Notes: generated from the sequence alone by a model not told the origin. 64,000 nt of DNA from a bacterium (GCA_043827085.1 JBDRPO010000016.1:42752-106751); one strand, 5' to 3'. Positions 38,770 through 47,805 are shown, counted from the stretch's first letter. Numbers and translations are program-made.

Positions 38770-39718
38770 ACTCTTTCACGAATTCATTGCTCGCTTCCAG
38801 AAAATGGATCTCCCGCGCCAGCTATTAGCTGTAAGCTGTATGCTGTTAGCTTTTCTTTATCCCGGCCACAACTCTCTCCAAACTATTGTTCTAACTCCTG
38901 GCGAAGTTCGCGCCTACTCACTCGCCACACCGATACTTTCCCTTTATCCCAAAAATGATGGTACCAAAGCTCCTGGTGTTTCCGCTCGCGCCGTCATCGT
39001 CCAAGACGCAGTAGGGAAAACCATCATGTACGAGAAAAATCCGGATACTTATCTTCTCCCCGCCTCGATTACCAAAGTTATGACCGCCCTCGTCGCACTC
39101 GACAACTGGCCTGACTTAAATACCGTGATTACTGTCAAGAATGAAGATCGCGCGATAGGTCAAACCATCGAACTTCAGAAAGGTGAGCAAATCACTCTCA
39201 TTAACATCCTCTACGGTCTCCTTGTTCACTCCGGCAACGACGCGGCGCTTGCGATCGCCGACAACTATCCCGGCGGCTACTCTGATTTTGTCGCTGCCAT
39301 GAACGTCAAAGCCAAGGAGCTTCATCTAGACCACACTACCTACAAAAACCCGTCAGGTGTTGAGCAGTACGGTCACGTCACGACCGCTCGCGACCTTGCC
39401 GTTCTAGCCTCAACTGCACTGCAAAATCAAATCATTGCGAGTGTTGTTGATACCAAAAAAATCACCGTGACCGATGTTTCAGGCGAAATCGTTCACGAAC
39501 TAGTCACAACCAACGAGCTCTTGGGGGAAATTCACGGACTCAAAGGACTCAAGACCGGCTGGACCACCAATGCCGGCGAGTGCCTAGTCAGCTACATCGA
39601 CCGTGATGGCAAAAGGATTATCGTCGTAGTCCTAGGCTCGCTTGATCGCTTTGGTGACACTCGCCTCCTCGTCGACTGGACCTACTCCCACCACGACTGG
39701 ATTACCCCTGTACTCTAA
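38756..39718 (+). CDS. D-alanyl-D-alanine carboxypeptidase (peptidase S11)
   Basis: SxxK (ASITK), SGN and KTG motifs. Confidence 0.93.
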   Translation: MWKIKLFHEFIARFQKMDLPRQLLAVSCMLLAFLYPGHNSLQTIVLTPGEVRAYSLATPILSLYPKNDGTKAPGVSARAVIVQDAVGKTIMYEKNPDTYLLPASITKVMTALVALDNWPDLNTVITVKNEDRAIGQTIELQKGEQITLINILYGLLVHSGNDAALAIADNYPGGYSDFVAAMNVKAKELHLDHTTYKNPSGVEQYGHVTTARDLAVLASTALQNQIIASVVDTKKITVTDVSGEIVHELVTTNELLGEIHGLKGLKTGWTTNAGECLVSYIDRDGKRIIVVVLGSLDRFGDTRLLVDWTYSHHDWITPVL

Positions 39719-39732
39719 GTTATAATCACCAT

Positions 39733-41133
39733 ATGCTACGCACGCTCATCAAGGAAACAATCAAAAAAATCGGCGAGACAGTCACCCTAAAAGGGTGGAT
39801 AAGTACAAAAAGAGATCATGGGAAACTTACATTTATTGACCTCCGCGACCGGACCGGAACCATCCAGTGTGTTGGCTATCAAAAAATGGGGGAGTTAACT
39901 ACAGAATCTGTAATTGAAGTGACAGGAATTCTGAAAGAACGAAACGATAAGAGTATCAATCCTGAGTTACCTTTGGGAACCATAGAAATAGATGTTCAAG
40001 AGTATGTGGTGGCAGGAAAAGCAACCGAACTACCTATCCACGTTAAAGAAGCCGGTGGTAATGACGTGTCAGAAGATATTCGCCTACGCTATCGCTACCT
40101 CGATTTACGTCGTGATCACATGCAAAAAATTATGCGACTCAGGTCTATCTATTCGCATACTTTACGTCAAGCCTTTATAGATCGAGATTTTGTAGAAGTA
40201 GAAACACCCATTCTTTCGAAAGCGACCATGGAAGGTGCACGCGACTTTCTCGTTCCCTCCCGTTTTCAGCACGGTAAATTCTATGCATTACCCCAAAGTC
40301 CTCAACAATATAAACAACTTCTCATGGTAGCCGGGGTAGATCGTTATTTCCAATTCGCGAGGTGTTTCAGAGATGAAGATTTGCGTGCAGATCGCGGGTT
40401 TGAGTTTACGCAGGTTGATGTAGAGATGAGCTTTTTGACGAGTGACGAAATTCGAGGGACAATGGAAGATGTTGTTAAGCAAGCAGTAAAAGCCGTTGGT
40501 GGCAAACTCAAAGATGAAGTCTTCCCAGTATATTCGTTTGCTGATGTTATCAAACAATTTGGCACCGATAAATTTGATCTCCGTACAGAATCAGAAAAAA
40601 ATGATGGAACATTAGCATTTGCCTGGGTTACTCGGTTTCCATTCTTTAAAAAAATTGACAAAGGGGATGTCGCCGAACTCCGGGACGGCAAGAGTGGGTG
40701 GACCTTTACCCACAATCCATTCGGAGCTCCAATTCCTGAACACACACAGTGGCATCTAAAAGGTGAGCACATTGAAGAAATTATCGCCGATCAATACGAC
40801 TTAGTATGCAATGGGTACGAAGTAGGTGGGGGTAGTATCAGAGCTCACAAACCAGAACTTCTGGCCGCTACTTATCGGACCATGGGTTATACCGAAGCAG
40901 AAACTCAAGCTAGTATTGGTCATATGCTTGAGGCGTTCTCGTATGGTGTGCCACCTCACGGTGGAATTGCCTTGGGACTTGATCGTCAAATAATGTTATT
41001 GGCGAACGAAAATTCACTCAAAGAAGCAATTGCTTTCCCCATGACATCAACAGGGCATACTGCAGTCATGGATGGTCCGAATATTGCCACGGACGAACAG
41101 CTGAAAGAATTAGGGTTAAAAATAAATAAGTAA
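39733..41133 (+). CDS. aspS: Aspartyl-tRNA synthetase, short form
   Basis: FIDLRD, EGARDF, ALPQSPQ, CFRDEDLRADR, PPHGGIALGLDR. Confidence 0.95.
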   Translation: MLRTLIKETIKKIGETVTLKGWISTKRDHGKLTFIDLRDRTGTIQCVGYQKMGELTTESVIEVTGILKERNDKSINPELPLGTIEIDVQEYVVAGKATELPIHVKEAGGNDVSEDIRLRYRYLDLRRDHMQKIMRLRSIYSHTLRQAFIDRDFVEVETPILSKATMEGARDFLVPSRFQHGKFYALPQSPQQYKQLLMVAGVDRYFQFARCFRDEDLRADRGFEFTQVDVEMSFLTSDEIRGTMEDVVKQAVKAVGGKLKDEVFPVYSFADVIKQFGTDKFDLRTESEKNDGTLAFAWVTRFPFFKKIDKGDVAELRDGKSGWTFTHNPFGAPIPEHTQWHLKGEHIEEIIADQYDLVCNGYEVGGGSIRAHKPELLAATYRTMGYTEAETQASIGHMLEAFSYGVPPHGGIALGLDRQIMLLANENSLKEAIAFPMTSTGHTAVMDGPNIATDEQLKELGLKINK

Positions 41134-41136
41134 AAT

Positions 41137-42189
41137 TTATTCAGTCCACGCGTCACTTACCGCCGGTACATAAGCTACAAAATCAGGGTCACCCGTAAAC
41201 ACATACACCGGCTGCATAAATTGTTGAGGCATATCCGCGTCGTAATACTGGAGCGTGATGTCGCGAATTGTAACGTTTGTCGTATTCGGCTTCACCCCCG
41301 CGATAAACCCAGTTCCTTTTTGCAATCTCTGCCACGCTTCGGCGACGCCGATCAGGGGGTACACCGCCGAGCGGTCAAGGTCAACCGGGTAGTAGTTGTA
41401 ATCCAAGTTCACAAACTGTCGCTCATCCTCTCGCTGCAGGGCCAATATCCCGGTAATTAGACCGCTATCTGAGTGTGGTGCGACGACGTCCACCCCGTCT
41501 ACCGGCGCCCGGTACAGATTAACTCGTACAAAATGAGCTTGGGATAGTGAAGCTGCCGCGACAATCTGGTCTTTATCCCCCTTTAGATACTGAACCGTCG
41601 ATTTGCCTTCTTTAATATCGTCAGGGAGCAGCTCAACCCGTCCAAGCAAGTTGTACAACCTATCGAGAGCCTGCGGATCAGTATAGTAAATGGTTGGGAT
41701 TGTATAACTAGGATCCAATTGCCACTTTTTATCGAGGACAAACGAACCGGTAATGATATTTATAGTCAGGGATGAAGGGATTGGGTCAGTAGAGTTCCAC
41801 CGGTACTCCGTTTCCGACAATTTCGTCGGTTGCTCAATAAAGTCTAGCTTGGTCGCAACGGCAGAAGCTGCGTCGTACGCAAGTAGATTGGCTTTCTTGA
41901 TCGGCATAAAGAAAACTTTGAATTGATTAGGTAATCGGGTCGGTAGTCCTCCAGTTGGAGTCTCGAGTTTATACGTGTATGACACCGATTCCACCAACTG
42001 CGGGAACTGGATCTTGGGGATCTTACCAAACAACACGTCTGGCGGGGGAGGGGGGGCGGGATGAAGCTTCTTCCAGTATGCGATCGACGCCGTGAGTACA
42101 ATCCGTCCAACCATGAGAAATACAAGGGTAAGCCCTCCATACTTAATCGCCTTCCGGGCCACAACCGCCGTCTCTCCAAGTGTTGCCAT
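41137..42189 (-). CDS. Hypothetical membrane-anchored protein
   Basis: 350-aa ORF with N-terminal TM and poly-Pro linker; TATACT 6 nt before the start. Confidence 0.8.
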   Translation of the reverse strand: MATLGETAVVARKAIKYGGLTLVFLMVGRIVLTASIAYWKKLHPAPPPPPDVLFGKIPKIQFPQLVESVSYTYKLETPTGGLPTRLPNQFKVFFMPIKKANLLAYDAASAVATKLDFIEQPTKLSETEYRWNSTDPIPSSLTINIITGSFVLDKKWQLDPSYTIPTIYYTDPQALDRLYNLLGRVELLPDDIKEGKSTVQYLKGDKDQIVAAASLSQAHFVRVNLYRAPVDGVDVVAPHSDSGLITGILALQREDERQFVNLDYNYYPVDLDRSAVYPLIGVAEAWQRLQKGTGFIAGVKPNTTNVTIRDITLQYYDADMPQQFMQPVYVFTGDPDFVAYVPAVSDAWTE

Positions 42190-42248
42190 AAGTTTAGTAT
42201 ACGGTATTCAGACTGCAATTCTCAAACAAGTAAACAACGTGCCGTCAG

Positions 42249-42314
42249 AGGGTCTGACCTTAAAGGACTCAAGTGCAAAAAGCACCTGAAAAGACCCCAA
42301 AAAGGTCAGACCCT
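42249..42314. repeat. GGTCTGACC doublet element, copy 4
   Basis: Perfect 13-bp inverted repeat AGGGTCTGACCTT...AAGGTCAGACCCT. Confidence 0.88.
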
Positions 42315-42332
42315 AATGTATAATCCAACCAT

Positions 42333-43727
42333 ATGGTAGTACGCACTCGTATCGCCCCTAGTCCGACTGGTATTGCCCACTTAGGCACAGCCTATACCGC
42401 CATGCGCAATCTCGCAATTGCCAGGCAAAACAATGGGAAATTTATTATTCGCATCGAAGACACCGATCGTGAGCGCTACATCGAGGGCGCAGTTGATGTC
42501 ATTTTCGACGCACTAAAATGGTTAGGTCTTACCTATGACGAAGGCCCTTACACTCAGTCAGAGCGGCTCGCGATCTACCAAAAGCACGCCAAGCAGCTAG
42601 TCGAGAAAGGGCAGGCCTACTACTGTTTCTGCACCAAAGAGCGCCTCGACGAGGTGAAGCAAGCCGCGATCGCCAAAAAAGAACTCCCCCGCTACGACCG
42701 CCACTGTCGCTCCTTAGATCAGAAAGTTGCAGGGAAGCGCGCAGAAACTGAACCTCACGTGATTCGTCTCAAAGTCCCCGAGTCAGGAGTGACGATTTGT
42801 CAGGATGTAGTAAGAGGTCCCATCGAGTTCCAAAACTCTGGGATCGACGATCAGGTGATCCTCAAATCCGATGGCTACCCCACCTACCACCTCGGCGTGG
42901 TCGTGGATGATCACTTAATGGGTATCACCCATGTGATCCGTGGTGAGGAATGGCTCTCCAGTTCCCCGAAGCATATCTTGCTCTACCAGGCCTTCGGCTG
43001 GGAGCTGCCCGTCTTTGCCCACTTGCCAATAATTAGAAATAAAGATCATAGCAAGATGAGTAAAAGGAAAAACGACGTTTCTATCCTTTCTCACCGCGAC
43101 AAAGGTTATCTCCCCGAAGCCATCAATAACTTTATAGCTCTTATGGGTTGGTCCCATCCAGAGAAAAAAGAAATCTTCACGCTCGACGAGTTCTTGCGTC
43201 TCTTCACACTCAACAGAATTACTCTGACCGCTCCTGTTTATGATCTCGAAAAACTCAACTGGATCAACGGCCAATACATCCGCTCTATGTCAGACTCTGA
43301 GCTCTTAGAACGTCTCAAACCCTTCTTGTCATCTGATTGCTCTCCTACGCTCGCAACCCAGATCCTTCCTCTCATCAAAGAGCGGCTAGTCACTCTCAAA
43401 GATTTCGAGTCTCTGACCGACTTCTTCTACCGCGATGTCAAAGTTGATCCAACCCTCCTTACCAAAAAATCTACGATAGAAGAAGTAAAGTCCCAGCTTA
43501 CTGCAACCAATACTTCTCTTTCTTCCATTGAAGACAAAGATTGGACAAGTGAAAACATTGAACAAAAAGTTAGGTCATTAGCTGAAACTAATGGTTGGAA
43601 GCCTGGTCAATACTTTATGCTGCTCCGCGTGGCCGTGACCGGCAAGACTGCCACTCCACCTCTTTTTGAAACCATGACCGTCCTCGGTCGTGAAAAGTGC
43701 CTTTCTCGCTTGTCCGCCATGGTCTGA
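42333..43727 (+). CDS. gltX: Glutamyl-tRNA synthetase
   Basis: RIAPSPTG..HLG, RIEDTD, THVIRGEEW, KMSKR. Confidence 0.98.
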   Translation: MVVRTRIAPSPTGIAHLGTAYTAMRNLAIARQNNGKFIIRIEDTDRERYIEGAVDVIFDALKWLGLTYDEGPYTQSERLAIYQKHAKQLVEKGQAYYCFCTKERLDEVKQAAIAKKELPRYDRHCRSLDQKVAGKRAETEPHVIRLKVPESGVTICQDVVRGPIEFQNSGIDDQVILKSDGYPTYHLGVVVDDHLMGITHVIRGEEWLSSSPKHILLYQAFGWELPVFAHLPIIRNKDHSKMSKRKNDVSILSHRDKGYLPEAINNFIALMGWSHPEKKEIFTLDEFLRLFTLNRITLTAPVYDLEKLNWINGQYIRSMSDSELLERLKPFLSSDCSPTLATQILPLIKERLVTLKDFESLTDFFYRDVKVDPTLLTKKSTIEEVKSQLTATNTSLSSIEDKDWTSENIEQKVRSLAETNGWKPGQYFMLLRVAVTGKTATPPLFETMTVLGREKCLSRLSAMV

Positions 43728-43803
43728 CCTGCTAAGGAGATCCTGGCCAGCGGCCAAGATGTTTAGTCGACTTCAAAATACAATTGGAAGATCAGGTCAG
43801 ACC
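43721..43803. repeat. GGTCTGACC doublet element, copy 5, between convergent gltX and proS
   Basis: GGTCTGACCTG...CAGGTCAGACC; inner CTAAGGAG...GTTTAGTCGA. Confidence 0.9.
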
Positions 43804-45057
43804 CTACAGTTGCGACTTTGCGATTTCCACCAACTCTTCCACACTCACGAGCTTTGTCTCTTTCTCACTCCTCATCTTCACCTCAATTTTATCTTGGGTT
43901 TTAGTAGACACGACGGCACGGATCGGACAGCCGATCATATCCGCCTCCCCTAGTTTCTGTCCTGCCCCCACATCCGTCCGGTCGTCATACAATACTTCAA
44001 CTCCAGCCCTGATCAGTTCTTGGTAAACCTCATCTGCTTTTTTGATCACACTTTCATCATTCGTATTGATACTCGCCAGGTGGACGGTAAATGGAGCAAC
44101 CGCCGCCGGCCAGACGATCCCTCGCTCATCATTAAACTTCTCGACCACGACGCCCATCGTCCGCGAGATCCCAATCCCGTAACAACCCATGATTGGGTAG
44201 ATCTTTTCCCCCTTTTCGTTGGGGATCGTGAGTTCAAATGCCTTGGTATACTTTTGTCCCAAATCAAATACATTCCCCACCTCCGATGCCATTGCACTCT
44301 TGAGCTTATCTTTCTTGCAGATCGGGCAGTCGTCGCCGATTTTATATTTCTTAATATCATCCGTATTTACGCAGTAATCACACTTATCGCAGTACAAAAC
44401 TGGGGCTTCTCCTGCGTCGGTCAGTACTTCAAACTCGTAGGAGACTTTCTCGGTAAACGCCCCGCCCGATGCCTCCGTTGCTTTAGCAGTCAGTCCCATC
44501 CGCTTAAACACTCGTAAATACGCTGCCTTTGCCTCAGCATAAAACTTATCAAAATCCTCTTGGGTCGCGTGCCAGCTATACATATCTTTCATCAAAAACT
44601 CGCGCCCCCGCAGGATCCCAGATTTACTCCTCAATTCATCTCGGAACTTAGAGTTGATATGGTAGATTGCGAGGGGAAGGTCTTTGCTACTGTGGATCCA
44701 CTCTTTGGCGAGGGGCGTGACCGTCTCCTCGTTACTTTGGGCGAGTGCATACTCGCGGTCGGTCCGGCTTTTCACTTTAAACAAAACGTCGATCTTGTCC
44801 CAGCCTCCAGTTTGTTTCCAAAGTGCGGAGGGGTGGAGGATCGGCATCAGGACTTCTTGCCCGCCGATTGTGTTCATTTCTTCCCTTATAATTTGTGATA
44901 TCTTATCAAGGACTCGCTTCCCCAGTGGCAAATAGGTATAGACCCCGGCCATCACTTGTCGCACAAACCCAGCCTGTACCAGGAGTTTATGGTTCATCGT
45001 TTCCGCTGCCGCCGGGGCAGTCTTGAGGGTTTTGACAAACATTTTTGAGTACTTCAT
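43804..45057 (-). CDS. proS: Prolyl-tRNA synthetase, short form without INS editing domain
   Basis: GVYTYLPLG, KFRDELR..SGILRGREFLMKDMYS, MGCYGIGISR, VLYDDR. Confidence 0.96.
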   Translation of the reverse strand: MKYSKMFVKTLKTAPAAAETMNHKLLVQAGFVRQVMAGVYTYLPLGKRVLDKISQIIREEMNTIGGQEVLMPILHPSALWKQTGGWDKIDVLFKVKSRTDREYALAQSNEETVTPLAKEWIHSSKDLPLAIYHINSKFRDELRSKSGILRGREFLMKDMYSWHATQEDFDKFYAEAKAAYLRVFKRMGLTAKATEASGGAFTEKVSYEFEVLTDAGEAPVLYCDKCDYCVNTDDIKKYKIGDDCPICKKDKLKSAMASEVGNVFDLGQKYTKAFELTIPNEKGEKIYPIMGCYGIGISRTMGVVVEKFNDERGIVWPAAVAPFTVHLASINTNDESVIKKADEVYQELIRAGVEVLYDDRTDVGAGQKLGEADMIGCPIRAVVSTKTQDKIEVKMRSEKETKLVSVEELVEIAKSQL

Positions 45058-45067
45058 ATTGGGCTCC

Positions 45068-45403
45068 TTAGTATAATTTTCCGCCAACTATTGCTTCGTT
45101 TCTATCTGGTACTATCAGTATACACTCGTGATCCTCATCAGGCACCCCAAGCGTCAATATTTCCGACTGGAATGGTCCTATTTGGCGGGGAGGGAAGTTT
45201 ACTACCCCCAACACCAACTTATTCATCAGTTGCCCCTTTGTATAGTGCTTGACCAACTGAGCACTAGACACTTTAATCCCTATTTCAGCTCCAAAATCTA
45301 CTTTCAGTTTATAAGAAGGTTTTCTGGCCTCAGGGAAATCCTCAACCGCCACAATTTTTCCCACTCGGATGTCCAGCTTTGTAAAATCATCATATGTTGC
45401 CAT
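45068..45403 (-). CDS. csaA: tRNA-binding protein / chaperone CsaA
   Basis: DIRVGKI, FPEARKPSYKL, SSAQ, VVNFPPRQIG. Confidence 0.9.
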   Translation of the reverse strand: MATYDDFTKLDIRVGKIVAVEDFPEARKPSYKLKVDFGAEIGIKVSSAQLVKHYTKGQLMNKLVLGVVNFPPRQIGPFQSEILTLGVPDEDHECILIVPDRNEAIVGGKLY

Positions 45404-45430
45404 ACATTTGTCCTCAATAATTTAAATGAC

Positions 45431-45577
45431 AAAAAACCCTTGCACATCCCCAAAAAGGAACATGCAAGGGTCTTTTCAGACGGTACCACCTCGCTATTTA
45501 CTTCATTACTGCGTCTCGTGCAGCCTACGTAGTGCTCATCGCACCCAGCTCCAGGGCGGGAACCCTTTCATCGCTTT
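45431..45577 (-). promoter_or_regulatory. T-box riboswitch (Pro) with intrinsic terminator, upstream of csaA-proS
   Basis: Minus strand: GAGGTGGTACCGTC T-box; terminator CCCTTGCATGTTCC/GGGATGTGCAAGGG followed by T6; Stem I with GA motif AGCGATGA...GGAGCT. Confidence 0.85.
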
Positions 45578-45601
45578 GTCACTTTTTAGACATCCATGAA
45601 T

Positions 45602-46219
45602 TCATTGTACAGTATAAGTCAATAACTCCTCAAACAGGGGCTCGACATCTTCTTCGCTGATCTCATCTAAATCTACATTTGTTTGCCTTCTAACTTGCTC
45701 TTCCAATTTATACAAAAAGTCATACCACCCCATCTCTCGCCCATACCTCCTCTGTAAGTCCTCGATCCTCTTTTTTAGTGTAGTCACCCCAGTAGGCACC
45801 ACCCGCACATCACAATACGACAAAATCTTTCCCCCCCAACCTTGCTCCAGTAATTGCGCTGGGTTATCGCTCGCATACCCCGCATGTTCCCGTCCCATTA
45901 TCAGATTAGTGTCATCTTGCCCAAGCTCTGCGACGATCTTAGTCGTTGCTTCATGAGCATTAGTACCATATTTTTCTCTGTACTTTGCTTGTATTTTCTT
46001 CCAGTATTCTAAATTCTCAATTTGTATGATGTTTTTCCCCAAATCAAACTTCACAATATTTCCCATATCATGCAGGAGGAGTGACCGCATGACCAGATCT
46101 CGGTCGATTCCACCCTTCCATCCGTCAACAATTAACTTACCTACTCCCGCCACCCGCAGCATGTGTGTCGCCAACTGCGGCATAATATGATACTTGGCGT
46201 ACACATCTTGGATCGTCAT
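45602..46219 (-). CDS. HD-domain phosphohydrolase
   Basis: HMLRVA...LLHDMGN...H...YCD. Confidence 0.82.
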   Translation of the reverse strand: MTIQDVYAKYHIMPQLATHMLRVAGVGKLIVDGWKGGIDRDLVMRSLLLHDMGNIVKFDLGKNIIQIENLEYWKKIQAKYREKYGTNAHEATTKIVAELGQDDTNLIMGREHAGYASDNPAQLLEQGWGGKILSYCDVRVVPTGVTTLKKRIEDLQRRYGREMGWYDFLYKLEEQVRRQTNVDLDEISEEDVEPLFEELLTYTVQ

Positions 46220-46241
46220 ACGTGTAGTATATAATGAATTC

Positions 46242-46598
46242 ATGGCCACCAAACACGTCCACTACAAGTCACCCTTTGCCGAGTACTTCAACTATCTAAG
46301 TCGGATTGATCGCGGCAAACGCTACTCAAATGAATACGGATCGATCCTCATCCTCTCGCTGGTCGAAGAAGTAGGGGAGGTGGCGCGGGCTTACCTCGCC
46401 GAGCACGGCCGGAAGCCTCTAAACCTCGCCGCCCAACACGACGAATCCTACGAGCAAGAGCTAGGGGATCTCATGGTCACAATCCTCCGCATCGCGCGGA
46501 TCAAGGATATCAACCTCAACGAGCGGATCCTGTATACTCTAAAGAAGATCGAAGCCAGAAAATTAAAACCCAAAGAATATAAGGAGCTAAAGTCATGA
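46242..46598 (+). CDS. MazG-like nucleotide pyrophosphohydrolase
   Basis: LVEEVGEVA...QELGDL. Confidence 0.85.
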   Translation: MATKHVHYKSPFAEYFNYLSRIDRGKRYSNEYGSILILSLVEEVGEVARAYLAEHGRKPLNLAAQHDESYEQELGDLMVTILRIARIKDINLNERILYTLKKIEARKLKPKEYKELKS

Positions 46599-47767
46599 AA
46601 CATTATCTAGTTGCCCTCTTCACCATTTTTATCTCTCTCTTTACCTTCGCGCCAGTAGCCTTTGCCAAAGTTATGTGGCAAGAAAAAGGCAAACTCACCA
46701 TTCCGGTGGGTGAAACCATCGACGATGATCTCTTTATCGCTAGCGAAAACGTCGCGATCGACGGTACGGTCAATGGCAGTGTCTTTGTCGGGGCTGGGAA
46801 TGTGGCAGTGAGCGGCAACATCAAAGGTGATCTCTTGATCGGTACCGGTCAAGCTGATCTGTCCGGCGTAGTGAGTGGCGATCTTTATATCGGCGCTGGC
46901 AACATCACACTCTCCAAACTCACGGTGGGCGGTAATGTCGTGACCGCAGCTGGTAACCTAACAATCGATGAAACAAGTAAGATCGGAGGCTCGCTCATTA
47001 CGGGTGTGGGTAACCTGAAAAACTCCGCTCCAGTCGGTAGAAGCATCATGGTTGGTGCCGGGATGGCCTATCTCGATAACAAGGTGGGTCGCGAACTCCG
47101 CTTTGGTGGGCGTGATCTTGAGCTTGGTCCTCACGCAAGTATTGCCGGCAATGTGACGTATGCCCTTGGCGAAGAACGAGGGACTTTCAAGCAAGACCCC
47201 TCCGCTACAATCGGCGGCACGGTGAGTAAGTACACTCCTCCCGTCCAAGCTCAGCGTGACATGACCAAAGTCAAATCTGACTTAGCCAAATTCGGTCGGG
47301 CTTTCCATGGCACCTGGCTCGTCATCTCTTTCCTCGGTTCGCTTCTCGTCGGCTTTTTCCTCCTCAAGCTTTTCCCCAAAACCTCGCTTGGTTTGACTAG
47401 CCAGATTACCAAGTCTCCCATGCCAAGCCTAGGTATCGGCTTTCTTATCATGATCTTGGCCTTCCCCGTCTTCCTGGTGCTAGCTCTCACCGTGATAGGC
47501 CTCCCCTTGGCCGGGCTACTCTTCCTTTTATTCTGCCTCGAAGTTCACCTCGCCAAGCTTGTCTCGGCCTACGCGCTCGGTCGCTTTGTGGCTGGGCAGT
47601 TTAGCTGGAACAAGCTAGGAGTGTACGCCGTCTTCGGAATTGGTCTCGCGCTCTTCTATTTCCTCCGCGCCATACCCATGATCGGCTGGATAAGTTCCAA
47701 TCTCTTCACCTGGGCCGGTCTCGGCGCCATGTGGCACTACGCCAGCGCCCACCAAAAAAACCTCTAA
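46595..47767 (+). CDS. Exported bactofilin-like beta-helix protein with C-terminal membrane domain
   Basis: Signal peptide, repeated (I/V).G.V.G units, TM helices with TVIGLPL. Confidence 0.75.
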   Translation: MKHYLVALFTIFISLFTFAPVAFAKVMWQEKGKLTIPVGETIDDDLFIASENVAIDGTVNGSVFVGAGNVAVSGNIKGDLLIGTGQADLSGVVSGDLYIGAGNITLSKLTVGGNVVTAAGNLTIDETSKIGGSLITGVGNLKNSAPVGRSIMVGAGMAYLDNKVGRELRFGGRDLELGPHASIAGNVTYALGEERGTFKQDPSATIGGTVSKYTPPVQAQRDMTKVKSDLAKFGRAFHGTWLVISFLGSLLVGFFLLKLFPKTSLGLTSQITKSPMPSLGIGFLIMILAFPVFLVLALTVIGLPLAGLLFLLFCLEVHLAKLVSAYALGRFVAGQFSWNKLGVYAVFGIGLALFYFLRAIPMIGWISSNLFTWAGLGAMWHYASAHQKNL

Positions 47768-47779
47768 TCTAGTGGCCTG

Positions 47780-47805
47780 CCATCCGTAGCCTTGGCGAAG
47801 GATGG
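47780..47805. repeat. Short REP-like hairpin abutting the tRNA -10 box
   Basis: CCATCC-GTA-GCCTTGGC-GAA-GGATGG, then TAAAAT at 47806. Confidence 0.7.
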
